Assembly (NCBI RefSeq): GCF_964213995.1 | Contig: NC_135822.1 | Span: 68,324,001-68,388,000 of the forward strand | Length of the DNA stretch: 64,000 nucleotides | DNA from: Mustelus asterias | Lineage: Eukaryota | Direction of reading: 5' to 3' | Part shown: positions 52,342 to 63,212 of the stretch, piece by piece | Position numbering within the stretch: the first letter of the stretch is position 1 | How the letters are laid out: each line of letters opens with the position of its first letter | The notes under the pieces: model-generated | What the model was told of the DNA's origin: nothing | What the model saw: the letters and a program-made list of their open reading frames with translations, nothing else | Database searches by the model: none | Program-made: the position numbers and the translations under genes

Positions 52342-52512
52342 GGGTGGGATTTTCCGGCCCTTCCCGCCAGTGGGAACCTTTGGTCCCAGCGAAGACGATC
52401 ACTGCTGTGAGTGCCCCAGCTGCGTGAAGGGCAGGCCATGCAAAACACCCCAGACATTGGCGGGGCATGGAGATCCTGCCGGTGACCAATCTCCTCTGCT
52501 GGAAAACCCACC
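52342..52512. mobile_element. Harbinger-like MITE
   Basis: Imperfect TIR GGTGGGATTTCCGGC / GCTGGAAAACCCACC. Confidence 0.55.
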
Positions 52513-52649
52513 ACAGGGATGCTGGGTGTTGGGGCAACACTCTGGAATTTCATCATACCTCCCTCAGAGAATTCTTCCTACTTCCTGTCCAACATTCAAC
52601 TCCCGTAAAATATCTCTATGGTGTACTGAGTGCGGGACAGTGGCACACG

Positions 52650-53252
52650 GGCGGCACGGTGGCACAGTGGTTAGCACTGCTGCCTCAGTGCTCCAGGGGC
52701 TCGCGTTCAACTCCAGCCTTGGGTGACTGTGTGGAGTCTGCACATTCTCCCCGTGTCTGCGTGCGTTGCTTCCGGGTGCTCCGGTTTCCAAAGATGTGCG
52801 GGTTAGGTTGATTGGCTATGCTAAATTTCCCCTTAGCGTGAGGGGGGTTAGCAAGGTAACTATGTGGGGTTACGAGAATAGGGCCTGGATGGGATTGTGG
52901 TCAATGCAGACTTGGTGGGCCAAATAGCCTCCTTTTGCACTGTAGGGATTCTTTTTATTGAATTCAAGCTTCATCCGCATTGATGGGATTCGAATCCAGG
53001 TCCTCAAGGCATTACTCTAGGTCCCTGGCTTACTAGTCCAGTGACAATAACACTACAAGTATACACTGAGTAAGAATTAAATAGTTAGCCATGCCATGCT
53101 AAATTGCCCATTAGTGTCCCAAGATGTGTAGGTTACGGGATTAGTAGGGTAAATACATAGGGTTGCGGGGATAGGGGCTGCGTGGGATAGTGGTCGGTGC
53201 AGGTTTGATGGGCCGAATGGCCTCCTTCTGCGCTGTTGAGGTTCTATGATTC
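52650..53252 (+). mobile_element. Chimeric HE1 SINE with duplicated 3' half and captured flank
   Basis: Full HE1, then 137 bp matching 47933-48068, then a second HE1 3' half. Confidence 0.8.
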
Positions 53253-54469
53253 TAAGGGTATTCAGTTCATTTCTGCCTGGTGGACTTGTGCAAAATTGCT
53301 ACCCATTTATCTACAGAACAACATGCACCATACCATAAAGAAATCCACTGCATGTGGAAGCTCTGGGGAACGCCTAAGAGACCCAATACGATGCTTGTTT
53401 TAAGCATTCATTTAGAACATAGAACAGTACAGCACAGAACAGGCCCTTCGGCCCACGATGTTGTGCCGAGCTTTGACTGAAACCAAGATCAAGCTATCCC
53501 ACTCCCTATCATCCTGGTGTGCTCCATGTGCCTATCCAAGAACCGCTTAAATGTTCCTAAAGTGTCTGACTCCACTATCACTGCAGGCAGTCCATTCCAC
53601 ACCCCAACCACTCTCTGCGTAAAGAACCTACCTCTGATATCCTTCCTATATCTCCCACCATGAACCCTATAGTTATGCCCCCTTGTAATAGCTCCATCCA
53701 CCCGAGGAAATAGTCTTTCAACGTTCACTCTATCTATCCCCTTCATCATTTTATAAACCTCTATTAAGTCTCCCCTCAGCCTCCTCTGCTCCAGAGAGAA
53801 CAGCCCTAGCTCCCTCAACCTTTCCTCATAAGATCTACCCTCCAAACCAGGCAGCATCCTGGTAAATCTCCTCTGCACTCTTTCCAGCGCTTCCACATCC
53901 TTCTTATAGTGAGGTGACCAGAACTGCACACAATATTCCAAATGTGGTCTCACCAAGGTCCTGTACAGTTGCAGCATAACCCCACGGCTCTTAAACTCCA
54001 ACCCCCTGTTAATAAAAGCTAACACACTATAGGCCTTCTTCACAGCTCTATCCACTTGAGTGGCAACCTTTAGAGAACTGTGGATATGGACCCCAAGATC
54101 TCTCTGTTTCTCCACAGTCTTCAGAGCCCTACCTTTGACCTTGTAATCCACATTTAAACTAGTCCTACCAAAATGAATCACCTCACATTTATCAGGGTTA
54201 AACTCCATTTGCCATTTTTCAGCCCAGCTTTGCATCCTATCTATGTCTCTTTGCAGCCTACAACAGCCCTCCACCTCATCCACTACTCCACCAATCTTGG
54301 TGTCATCAGCAAATTTACTGATCCACCCTTCAGCCCCCTCCTCTAAGTCATTAATAAAAATCACAAAGAGCAGAGGACCAAGCACTGATCCCTGTGGCAC
54401 TCCGCTAGCAACCTGCCTCCAGTCCGAAAATTTTCCATTCACCACCACCCTCTGTCTTCAATCAGACAG

Positions 54470-54799
54470 TGTGGTGAGCCATCGTGGGTTCCCACGAGAT
54501 AGTACTGAGCCAGGGTCTGGCCAGTACTACAAGTATGTATATATGTTGCTGCTGGGGTTAGGGATGGGTTGTTCTACTTGTTGCTGTTGGGGTTAGGGTT
54601 GGGCTGTTACACCTTGTATTATAGTTATTGTGGTACATCCCAGTCGGGCTCCGCCTCCTGGGAGAGGTATAAAGGTCTCTGCTCTGTCTGGGACCCCTCA
54701 GTCTGGAATCGTGTATATAATTAGTAGCTTCGTTGTTACAGCAAATAAAAGCCTTTATTTCCTGAGCATCTCAAGCCTCGTGTGTGATAACGCACATCA
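54470..54799 (+). repeat. 5' LTR
   Basis: TATAAA at 54668, TATATAA at 54714, AATAAA at 54744. Confidence 0.96.
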
Positions 54800-54800
54800 A

Positions 54801-54815
54801 TTTTATTTGCTGTAA
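54801..54815 (+). promoter_or_regulatory. Atypical primer-binding site complementary to own LTR
   Basis: TTTTATTTGCTGTAA is the exact reverse complement of 54736-54750. There is no TGG to pair with a tRNA CCA end. Confidence 0.7.
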
Positions 54816-54853
54816 ATAAACTCTCGTCGGAAAAAAAAAACGATATAGAGAGT

Positions 54854-57800
54854 ATGGAGCAGATACTGAAGCCTGAACGCCTTACACTGGATCCACGTGC
54901 GGCGGGCGCTTCTAACACCTTCGACCACTGGTTGAAATGTTTTGAGGACTATCTGGCAGCCTCCGCAGCGGTCACCACAGATGATGACAGACTCCGGGTC
55001 CTCCATGCGAGGGTAAGCGACACTGTCTACCTCGCGATCCGTGCGGCCACCGACTACACAAAGGCCCTCGAGCTTCTTAAGAAGCGTTATATTAAACCGC
55101 CCAATGAAATACATGCTCGTTACCTCTTAGCCACTCGACGACGGCAGTCCGGCGAAACGACGGAGGAATACGCGAACGAGCTCCTACAGCTAGCCAGGGG
55201 CTGTAACTGCAAAGCAGTGTCGGCAGAGCAGAATATGAACGACCTCGCTCGAGATGCGTTTGTGATGGGAGTCGGATCATCATACATCCGACTCAAACTC
55301 CTGGAGAAAGATAATCTTGACCTCACCCAGGCAATAGAACTAGCGGATATGTTGGAGACGGCCTCCAAAAGCCTAGTATTGTATCCTGAAAACCACGTGG
55401 AGACAACGTGGCAGGAGCAGTCACTGATCCCTCCTCGTCCTTCGGGTTCGAAATGCTGCGTGATGGCGTGCTCACACTCGGGCCAGACGACGGCAGCAGC
55501 TCCGGGCGGCCTGCGGTGTTACTTCTGTGGGGGAGCGAAGCATACTCGGCAATGGTGTCCCGCTAAAGCTGTGTTGTGCTCCGCCTGCGGTAAGAAGGGG
55601 CACTATTCGAAAGTGTGCCAATCTAAATCTGCTTCTCGGAGCAGCAGTGCGGCCTGCGATTCCTCGGAGCCCGGTTCTTCGTCGTCGGCATCGTCGAGGG
55701 TTTCGTCCACGTGCGAGGCCAGGACGACGCCATTACGGTCGACGGACTCGGAGAGGTGTGACCACCAGGGGTCGCTGAGTTTGGTGCCATCACCCACGTG
55801 CGACCTATGGGAGCGGCCATGTTGGTCGGCACCCACCGCGAACGACCAGCAGGGGTCATCCTCGTCAATCTCAGCCGCCTGCAGTGGCGCTCATGAACCA
55901 ACGGTGGCGTCGATCATCCTGGACCAGGCCAAGCCTCATAGACTTGACAAGTCTATGATGGACATTCAGGTAAACGACCACTTGATTTATTGTCTGTTTG
56001 ACAGCGGGAGCACTGAGAGTTTTATCCACCCAGACGCTGTGAAGCGGTGTGGACTCCGGATTCAACCTGTCAAACAGACAATTTCTATGGCATCAAGGTC
56101 CCGGTCTGTCACCGTGCTAGGGAGTTGCTTGGTAACTTTAACGGTGCAAGGCACAGTTTACGAGCGTTTCAAGCTCCTGGTGTTGCCGCACCTTTGCGCG
56201 CCAATACTTCTCGGACTAAACCTCATGGTCCACTTGAGGAGTGTAACCCTACAGTACGGTGGGCCACTCCCTTCGCTTTCAGTGGGAGAACAGCAGCCAC
56301 CAAATTGCCCAACGCGCCCCGCCTGTAGCCATTCGACGCTGAAGATTACCACATCCTCCCTGTTCCAGAATCTTGTGCCAGGCTGCAAGCCCATTGTGAC
56401 TAAGAGTAGGCGTTACAGCGCTGAGGATCGGATCTTCATTCAATCTGAAGTTCAGCGGCTCCTCAAGGAAAGGATCATACAACCTAGCGCTAGTCCGTGG
56501 AGAGCGCAGGTCGTGGTGGTCAAGAGTGGGAACAAACCCCGGATGGTCATTGACTATAGTCAGACCGTTAATAGATACACGCAGCTGGATGCGTATCCCC
56601 TCCCGCGCATATCTGACATGGTCAATCAGATTGCGCAGTACCGGGTGTTCTCCACCATAGACCTCAAGTCTGCCTACCACCAACTCCCCATTCGCCCAGA
56701 GGACCGACAATACACGGCTTTTGAGGCGGATGGTCGCTTGTATCATTTTCTCAGGGTTCCCTTTGGTGTCACCAATGGGGTCTCGGTCTCCCAGCGTGCT
56801 ATGGACCGAATGGTGGACCAGAACGGGCTGCGGGCTACCTTCCCGTACCAGGATAACGTCACCATCTGCGGCTATGACCAGCAGGACCATGACACAAATC
56901 TCCTGAATTTCCTACGCACTGCATCTCGCCTGAACCTGACCTACAACAGGGAGAAGTGTGTGTTTCGTACGCGCCGTTTAGCCATCCTCAGATACGTGGT
57001 GGAAAACGGGGTCATTGGCCCTGATCCAGATCGTATGCGTCCCCTCTTTGAACTTCCCCTGCCCACTAGTGCAAAAGCACTGAGAAGATGCTTAGGCTTC
57101 TCCTCTTATTATGCACAGTGGGTTCCCAATTACGCGGACAAAGCCCGTCCGCTCATCAAGTCCACTTCTCTTCCCCTAACACCAGAGGCCCGATTGGCCT
57201 TTGATAAACTAAAAGCCGACATCGCGAAAGCTACGATGCACGCTGTTGATGAGTCCATCCCCTTTCAGGTGGAGAGCGATGCATCTGATTTCGCCCTGGC
57301 CGCCAAACTTAACCAGGCGGGCAGGCCCGTCGCCTTTTTTTCCCGCACCCTCCAAGGCCCCGAAATCCGGCATTCAGCGGTGGAAAAGGAGGCCCAGGCC
57401 ATTGTGGAGGCCGTCAGGCACTGGCGCCATTACTTGGCGGGAAAACGGTTCACCCTGATCACGGACCAGCGGTCCGTGGCGTTCATGTTTAATAACACGC
57501 TGAGGGGCAAGATCAAGAACGACAAGATCTTGCGGTGGAGAATTGAACTCTCCACCTATAACTATGACATCATGTATCGTCCAGGGAAACTCAATGAGCC
57601 CTCGGATGCCCTCTCGCGTGGAACATGCGTCAGTATACAGGAGGACCGTTTGCAGGCTCTCCATAATGACCTATGCCATCCTGGGGTCACTCGGCTCTAC
57701 CACTTTATAAAAGCCCGCAATTTGCCCTACTCGGTGGAGGATGTCAGGTCCATAACAAGAAGCTGTCGGGTATGCGCGGAATGCAAACCTCACTTTTACC

Positions 57801-58405
57801 GACCTGACCGGGCACAATTAGTCAAGGCCACTCGTCCCTTCGAAAGACTGAGTGTCGATTTTAAGGGCCCCCTTCCCTCAACAGATCGGAATGTGTACTT
57901 CCTCAACATCATTGATGAGTACTCAAGATTCCCTTTTGTTATTCCCTGCTCTGATACATCCGCTGCCACGGTTATCAAGGCATTCCGTGATCTTTTTAAC
58001 CTGTTCGGGTACCCCAGCTATATTCACAGCGACAGGGGCTCGTCGTTCATGAGCGATGACTTGAGGCAATACCTGCTCTCATACGGGATTGCCTCTAGTA
58101 GAACCACGAGCTACAACCCTCGGGGTAACGGACAGGTGGAACGTGAGAATGCTACAGTCTGGAAGGCTGTCTTACTGGTGTTGAAGTCAAAAAGCCTTCC
58201 AGTCTCCCGTTGGCAAGAGGTGCTCCCTGATGCGCTCCATTCCATACGCTCACTCCTGTGTACGGCAACCAACGCTACTCCCCATGAGAGGCTGTTTTCA
58301 TTCCCTCGGAAGTCTTCCTCTGGGACCTCATTACCGTCTTGGTTGACGTACTCAGGACCTATCCTCCTGCGGCGACATGTAAGGGCCCGCAAGTCCGGCC
58401 GGTGA
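54854..58405 (+). CDS. Gag-Pol polyprotein (two CCHC knuckles, protease, RT, RNase H, integrase)
   Basis: CYFCGGAKHTRQWC and CSACGKKGHYSKVC; LFDSGS; IDLKSAYHQ..VPFGVTNG..YQDN; ESDASD; H-x4-H..CxxC; VDFKGP, SDRG, QVER. Apparent 1-nt deletion near 58398. Confidence 0.95.
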   Translation: MEQILKPERLTLDPRAAGASNTFDHWLKCFEDYLAASAAVTTDDDRLRVLHARVSDTVYLAIRAATDYTKALELLKKRYIKPPNEIHARYLLATRRRQSGETTEEYANELLQLARGCNCKAVSAEQNMNDLARDAFVMGVGSSYIRLKLLEKDNLDLTQAIELADMLETASKSLVLYPENHVETTWQEQSLIPPRPSGSKCCVMACSHSGQTTAAAPGGLRCYFCGGAKHTRQWCPAKAVLCSACGKKGHYSKVCQSKSASRSSSAACDSSEPGSSSSASSRVSSTCEARTTPLRSTDSERCDHQGSLSLVPSPTCDLWERPCWSAPTANDQQGSSSSISAACSGAHEPTVASIILDQAKPHRLDKSMMDIQVNDHLIYCLFDSGSTESFIHPDAVKRCGLRIQPVKQTISMASRSRSVTVLGSCLVTLTVQGTVYERFKLLVLPHLCAPILLGLNLMVHLRSVTLQYGGPLPSLSVGEQQPPNCPTRPACSHSTLKITTSSLFQNLVPGCKPIVTKSRRYSAEDRIFIQSEVQRLLKERIIQPSASPWRAQVVVVKSGNKPRMVIDYSQTVNRYTQLDAYPLPRISDMVNQIAQYRVFSTIDLKSAYHQLPIRPEDRQYTAFEADGRLYHFLRVPFGVTNGVSVSQRAMDRMVDQNGLRATFPYQDNVTICGYDQQDHDTNLLNFLRTASRLNLTYNREKCVFRTRRLAILRYVVENGVIGPDPDRMRPLFELPLPTSAKALRRCLGFSSYYAQWVPNYADKARPLIKSTSLPLTPEARLAFDKLKADIAKATMHAVDESIPFQVESDASDFALAAKLNQAGRPVAFFSRTLQGPEIRHSAVEKEAQAIVEAVRHWRHYLAGKRFTLITDQRSVAFMFNNTLRGKIKNDKILRWRIELSTYNYDIMYRPGKLNEPSDALSRGTCVSIQEDRLQALHNDLCHPGVTRLYHFIKARNLPYSVEDVRSITRSCRVCAECKPHFYRPDRAQLVKATRPFERLSVDFKGPLPSTDRNVYFLNIIDEYSRFPFVIPCSDTSAATVIKAFRDLFNLFGYPSYIHSDRGSSFMSDDLRQYLLSYGIASSRTTSYNPRGNGQVERENATVWKAVLLVLKSKSLPVSRWQEVLPDALHSIRSLLCTATNATPHERLFSFPRKSSSGTSLPSWLTYSGPILLRRHVRARKSGR

Positions 58406-58845
58406 TCGAACAGGTCCATCTCCTCCACGCCAACCCTCAGTATGCCTATGTGGCATACCCTGACGGGCGAGAGGACACGGTCTCGATCCGAGACCTGGCA
58501 CCAGCAGGGGACGTAGAAACCCCTGTCGCTCCCATACCCCCTGTTACAAACCCCATAACTCTTGTTTCCCCTCCGGACACGGCGCGGGCAGCATCGGGAC
58601 CATTACTTAACCCTTTTACTCCCGTGTACAGCTTGCCTGAGTCCAGAGGATGGTCGCCACTTCAGGGCGTGTCGGAACTCCATGGATTACCATCACCTCA
58701 GGGTCAACCGGCCCGTGAGACTGTGGAGGAACAGTTGGACATCGCCTCTGGGAGAACGCCACCGCGAGTGCCTACTCCGGTGTCATCGCCGGTATTGAGG
58801 AGGTCACAACGACGGTGCGGTCCCCCTGACCGTCTGAACTTATAG
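58399..58845 (+). pseudogene. Frameshifted integrase C-terminal tail
   Basis: PVIEQVHLLHANPQYAYVAYPDGREDTVSIRDLAP...LRRSQRRCGPPDRLNL, ending just before the PPT. Confidence 0.85.
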
Positions 58846-58895
58846 ACTGATGACAAATTATTCTGTTTTTTTGTACCCCGCCGGCCTTTGTCTTC

Positions 58896-58909
58896 AAAGG
58901 AGGGGTGAA
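58896..58909 (+). promoter_or_regulatory. Polypurine tract
   Basis: AAAGGAGGGGTGAA abutting the 3' LTR. Confidence 0.88.
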
Positions 58910-59239
58910 TGTGGTGAACCATCGTTGGTTCCCACTAGATAGTACTGAGCCAGGGTCTGGCCAGTACTACAAGTATGTATATATGTTGCTGTTGGGATTA
59001 GGGATGGGTTGTTCTACTTGTTGCTGTTGGGGTTAGGGTTGGGCTGTTACACCTTGTATTATAGTTATTGTGGTACATCCCAGTCGGGCTCCGCCTCCTG
59101 GGAGAGGTATAAAGGTCTCTGCTCTGTCTGGGACCCCTCAGTCTGGGATCGTGTATATAATTAGTAGCTTCGTTGTTACAGCAAATAAAAGCCTTTATTT
59201 CCTGAGCATCTCAAGCCTCGTGTGTGATAACGCGCATCA
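58910..59239 (+). repeat. 3' LTR
   Basis: 323/330 identical to the 5' LTR by manual comparison. Confidence 0.96.
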
Positions 59240-59794
59240 GACAGCCAGTTACCTATCCAATCGGCCAACTTTCCCTCTATCCCACACCTCCTTACTTTCA
59301 TCATAAGCCGACCATGGGAGACTCCACCAATTACATAGAATTCAAATTCTATCAAAGGGACCTTTACTTAAGTGCACAAAAATTACTCCAGTAGAAGTCA
59401 ACACCAATGCCAAAAGATTGGGAAAAGGCAAGGTCACCTTTGCTAATCCTTTTGTTGTAACTTGCATCTTTGGGCAGAACACCCTCACCCTGGGAAATGA
59501 CTTATATATTTTCAAAGCTGCTATTAAATATCCTGTCACCAGCAGACGGTCAGGTATAGTTCAGAGTTCCTGTTTTCTCAGTGTCTGAGGCTCCAAGGTT
59601 TAAAGCAGCTTTATTGCTTTCTGAAGGGGAAGATGATAATCAGTTGTAATATCAGATTGTCTGAATTTTTAACCTGATCTGGACCAGGAGTCTGAATTTC
59701 ATGAAATATTGTCCAGCATATGTGAAAGTCAATGACTTCAAGGATTGTCTGCCTCAGATTTACACATGTCTTTTTGTTGAAGACTAAAGGAATG

Positions 59795-60170
59795 AAAGAA
59801 AGGGACTTGCATTGCTCTGGTTCTCTCACACGTCTCTTGCAGTTTTTCATGTGTGATCAATTATGTTGAAGGCAAGACATTGCAGCGACCATTAAATGCA
59901 CTGTATGTACACTCAAACATCCATGACGTGAATGACAAGTTAATATGCACTTCCTAGATGCCCCACACTTGGCAGAACACCAGGGTTTCTTGTTTGCACT
60001 TGAACAACTGGAACAGGCAGCAGAGATCTTGGTTTAACATTTCACTCAATCTCTGACATCACACTCCCTCAGTATTGGAGTGGCTGCCTAGATTGCGAAC
60101 TCTGAGTGCGCCCCAGATGGAGAACCTTCTGAATCAGACGTGAAGGTGCTTCTAATTGAGACAAGGTAAC
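59795..60170 (-). mobile_element. Old Deu-type SINE (SacSINE1-like), decayed
   Basis: AAAGAAAGGGACTTGCATT...ACTCCCTCAGTATTG...AACCTTCTGAATCAG. Confidence 0.55.
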
Positions 60171-60302
60171 ACACAAAAGTCGTCAAGGAAATGTGGCACA
60201 AATCAGCCCAAAATGAATCTAAACATGTCTAAGTATGGCGTTTTGCTTCAGAAACTTATCAAGCTCTATCAGATTTATTTTTCTCTCCTTCTCCCTAGTT
60301 CA

Positions 60303-60577
60303 GGGTGGCACAGTGGGTAGCACTGCTGCCTCACAGCGCCAGGGACCCAGGTTTGATTCACAGCTTGGGTGACGGCTTGCGTTGCACGTTCTCCCCATGT
60401 CCACCTGGGTTTCCTTCAGGTGCTCTGGTTTCCTCCCACAGTCCGAAAGACGTGCTGGTTAGGTGCATTGACCGTGCTAAATTCACCCTCAGTATACCCA
60501 ATAGGCACTGGAGTGTGGCGACTAGGGAATTTTCACAGTAACTTCAGTGCAGTGTTAATGTAGGCCTACCTGTGACC
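60303..60577 (+). mobile_element. V-SINE type B
   Basis: Head, V-domain and type B tail. Confidence 0.85.
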
Positions 60578-60769
60578 TTGCTGTGTTCATCTCACATCCC
60601 CTTAACTTTATCTTCACCATCCACCTCAACCACTCTGTGTGGCAGCAAGTTATACTTTTTTGCCACCTTCTGGGAAATCAAGTTTCTCCTAATTTTTCGA
60701 CTGGAATCATTGGTGACTATCATTTCTTGAGGTGCTCCAGTTCTTGTCTTCCTGACAACTGGAAACAGT

Positions 60770-61860
60770 GGCCAGAGTTTTATGCGATAATAGCAGGCGC
60801 GCGCCTGACCTCAAAGAGTGTAAAATCTCACATGAAGGTGTTGGGCACGTGTCCCAATGTTATCAGGCACTTGCGGTATCCCCCATGATAACCTAATCCT
60901 ATGCTCATGGTGCTTTAAGCTTCCATTTCTGAGTGTCTTACTGCACCCCACTCCCTTGGCACTGGCAGTGGCAATGGAGGCAGATGGCTGACTGTGCTAT
61001 TGTGTCGGTCCTGATGACCTTGGCTGTCATCCTCTGGCCTGTGGGGTCTGGGTAGGCTCTGCCTGAGAGGGTGCGATTGGTAACATGGCTGGACACTCAG
61101 TTGGTGCAGCCTCAAAAGATGCTATGGTCACTGGGAGAGGGAGTGAGGAGCTGCCACCCTCCTCTGGAGTGCCATGAGAGGAATCCACAGGGACAACGGG
61201 CAACTTGTCTGCCAGTGGGAGGTACCTGGACTTCCCTGCTGACCATTAATGGATGGGGATCTAGCAAAGAGGCTAGGCGCCTTATACATTTCTCCAACTG
61301 CCAGTGACCTGCTGAGGTCACTGCCGCTTTGTGGCCTTGCAGGCTTGCACCCTGCATCAGGAACCCTTGATTCTCTTCCTGGCCGTTCCATGACAGTCTC
61401 TACTCTCTCATTGGCGGAGGCTGTACACTCAGTCTCAGGGTCAATGCAGTGCTCAAGGTCACTGATGGACTCTTCCATGACGGAGACCATGGCACGCTGA
61501 CTCTCAGTTATCTCTGCCAGATCTTCCTGTACCTCTCCGCTGGAGATCCAGCATCTGCCACCTGATGGATAACACCAAAGACTCATTATCTGCCTCGGAT
61601 TCATCATGGCCCTTGGTCTCCAGCAGTTTGCCAACAGCGCCGTGGGTACTCTCTGCCTTGCCTGTCCCTCATGCGTGTGGGCTGTGCCCTCTCCATGATG
61701 TACGACCATCTGAGCTGACAAACAAAAGCCCATCAAGGTTTGTGGTTGGAAGCAGAACTCACGGCTGCTCCTGTCCTCACCCACTTGCATGTCCATCAGA
61801 CATGAAATTCAGGCCAGTGGGTTCCATGTCTGGTAAAGAGTTAATGATTATATTAATTAG
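60770..61860 (-). mobile_element. Possible decayed Harbinger-type transposon remnant
   Basis: TIR-like start GGCCAGAGTTTTATGC and a coiled-coil-like minus-strand peptide (EVQEDLAEITESQRAMVSVMEESIS). No diagnostic domain. Confidence 0.35.
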
Positions 61861-62765
61861 TCAATCATGTTAATGATAATGTAAGCATGGCATCAGGGTC
61901 AAATAACCAAGAGGTTCTAAGAGAGGGCGGCACAGAAGAGTCTGTGGCCAGATAATATGTCCTGACCATGATGCCTTTGTAAATAGTGTAAATATATGGT
62001 TTAAGAAAATACTGACCGTCTCTAAGTCATCACCGCCACTTCCTGAGTAAAGCGGATTTTTCCCGAATTCCCCTTTGGATTTATCAATCACTCCTTAAAT
62101 TTACAATTTCTCGTCCTGGACTCCCCGATAGATTTTTTTTTTCTTATGAAACCATTTCATTGCTTCACGGAAATAGCACAAGGAGGAATATTTTCTCATG
62201 TTAAAACTGTGAAGTGGTGAGATTTTCCAATGAGTGAGGACAGTTGAGCAGTTATTCCACTGTAATACGTACAGACAGCGTTTAGCAAAGGGGAATGTTT
62301 ATTCCACTTTTGGAATTTGTTGGGTTTAAGATTTTGTAGGCAGATGTCATCACGGAATCATAATCAGTTCACGTGTGAAGGGAAGTAGATGATACCACAG
62401 CAAGTGAAGCACAGTGAAATTGTGTTAACTGAGCTGCTGTGATTTCTGCTTTTTGTCCCTTTCTTGTTGCAAGCAATAGCAGGTCCTGCACAGATTGTGA
62501 TATTACAATAGCATGGAAATGTTAATGGTCTTGGAAGGAAACTTAACCCAGCAGGCAGCGAACTCTCCAGACGAATTGATGGAAATTCCAGCACATCTCT
62601 CAACATCCTCAGAATGGGTGCAATCTCAGCCAGATTGTTTCTTCCAGTTGGACTGGTGTTGTGCTGTTAATCTACATTCAGGAAACACTGGGTAAGGTAT
62701 ATGACAGTAAGAAGTTTAACAACACCAGGTTAAAGTCCAACAGGTTTATTTGGTAGCAAAAGCCA

Positions 62766-62802
62766 CACAAGCTTTCGGAGCTCTAAGCCCCTTCTTCAGG
62801 TG
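62766..62802 (-). ncRNA. Minimal hammerhead ribozyme motif
   Basis: Minus strand: CAC CTGAAGA A GGGGC TTAGA GCTCC GAA AGCT T GTG. Confidence 0.75.
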
Positions 62803-63212
62803 AGTGGGAATTCTGTTCACAAACAGAACTTATAAAGACACAGACTCAATTTACATGAATAATGGTTGGAATGCGAATACTTACAACTAATCCAGTCTTT
62901 AAGAAACAAAACAATGGGAGTGGAGAGAGCATCAAGACAGGCTAAAAAGATATGTATTGTCTCCAGACAAGACAGCCAGTGAAACTCTGCAGGTCCACGC
63001 AACTGTGGGAGTTACAAATAGTGTGACATAAACCCAATAACCCAATATCTGGAGACAATACATATCTTTTTAGCCTGTCTTGATGCTCTCTCCACTCCCA
63101 TTGTTTTGTTTCTTAAAGACTGGATTAGTTGTAAGTATTCGCATTCCAACCATTATTCATGTAAATTGAGTCTGTGTCTTTATAAGTTCTGTTTGTGAAC
63201 AGAATTCCCACT

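Larger units (their letters stand above)
54470..59239 (+). mobile_element. Full-length Ty3/Gypsy LTR retrotransposon (Mag-like)
   Basis: Two 330-bp TG...CA LTRs with 7 substitutions, 5-bp TSD GACAG (54465-54469 and 59240-59244), PPT, single gag-pol ORF. Confidence 0.97.
53414..59318 (-). mobile_element. Young CR1 LINE interrupted by the Gypsy element
   Basis: ORF 53489..54448 (RT: GVPQGSVLGP, FADDTK). Its upstream part resumes at 59245-59318 (HGRLMMKVRRCGIEGKLADWIGNW). Confidence 0.93.

Noticed and set aside
48255-54310. Segmental duplication of the two near-identical CR1 copies
   Set aside because: Flanks and 5' truncation points differ, so they are independent insertions of one young subfamily.
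56279-56890. 203-aa antisense ORF within pol
   Set aside because: Expected shadow ORF of GC-rich coding sequence, with no recognisable domain.
58390-58405. Programmed frameshift in integrase
   Set aside because: No slippery heptamer is present. A 1-nt deletion or sequencing error is simpler.
62500-62700. Possible host exon ending at a GTAAGG donor
   Set aside because: No recognisable protein similarity or partner exons.
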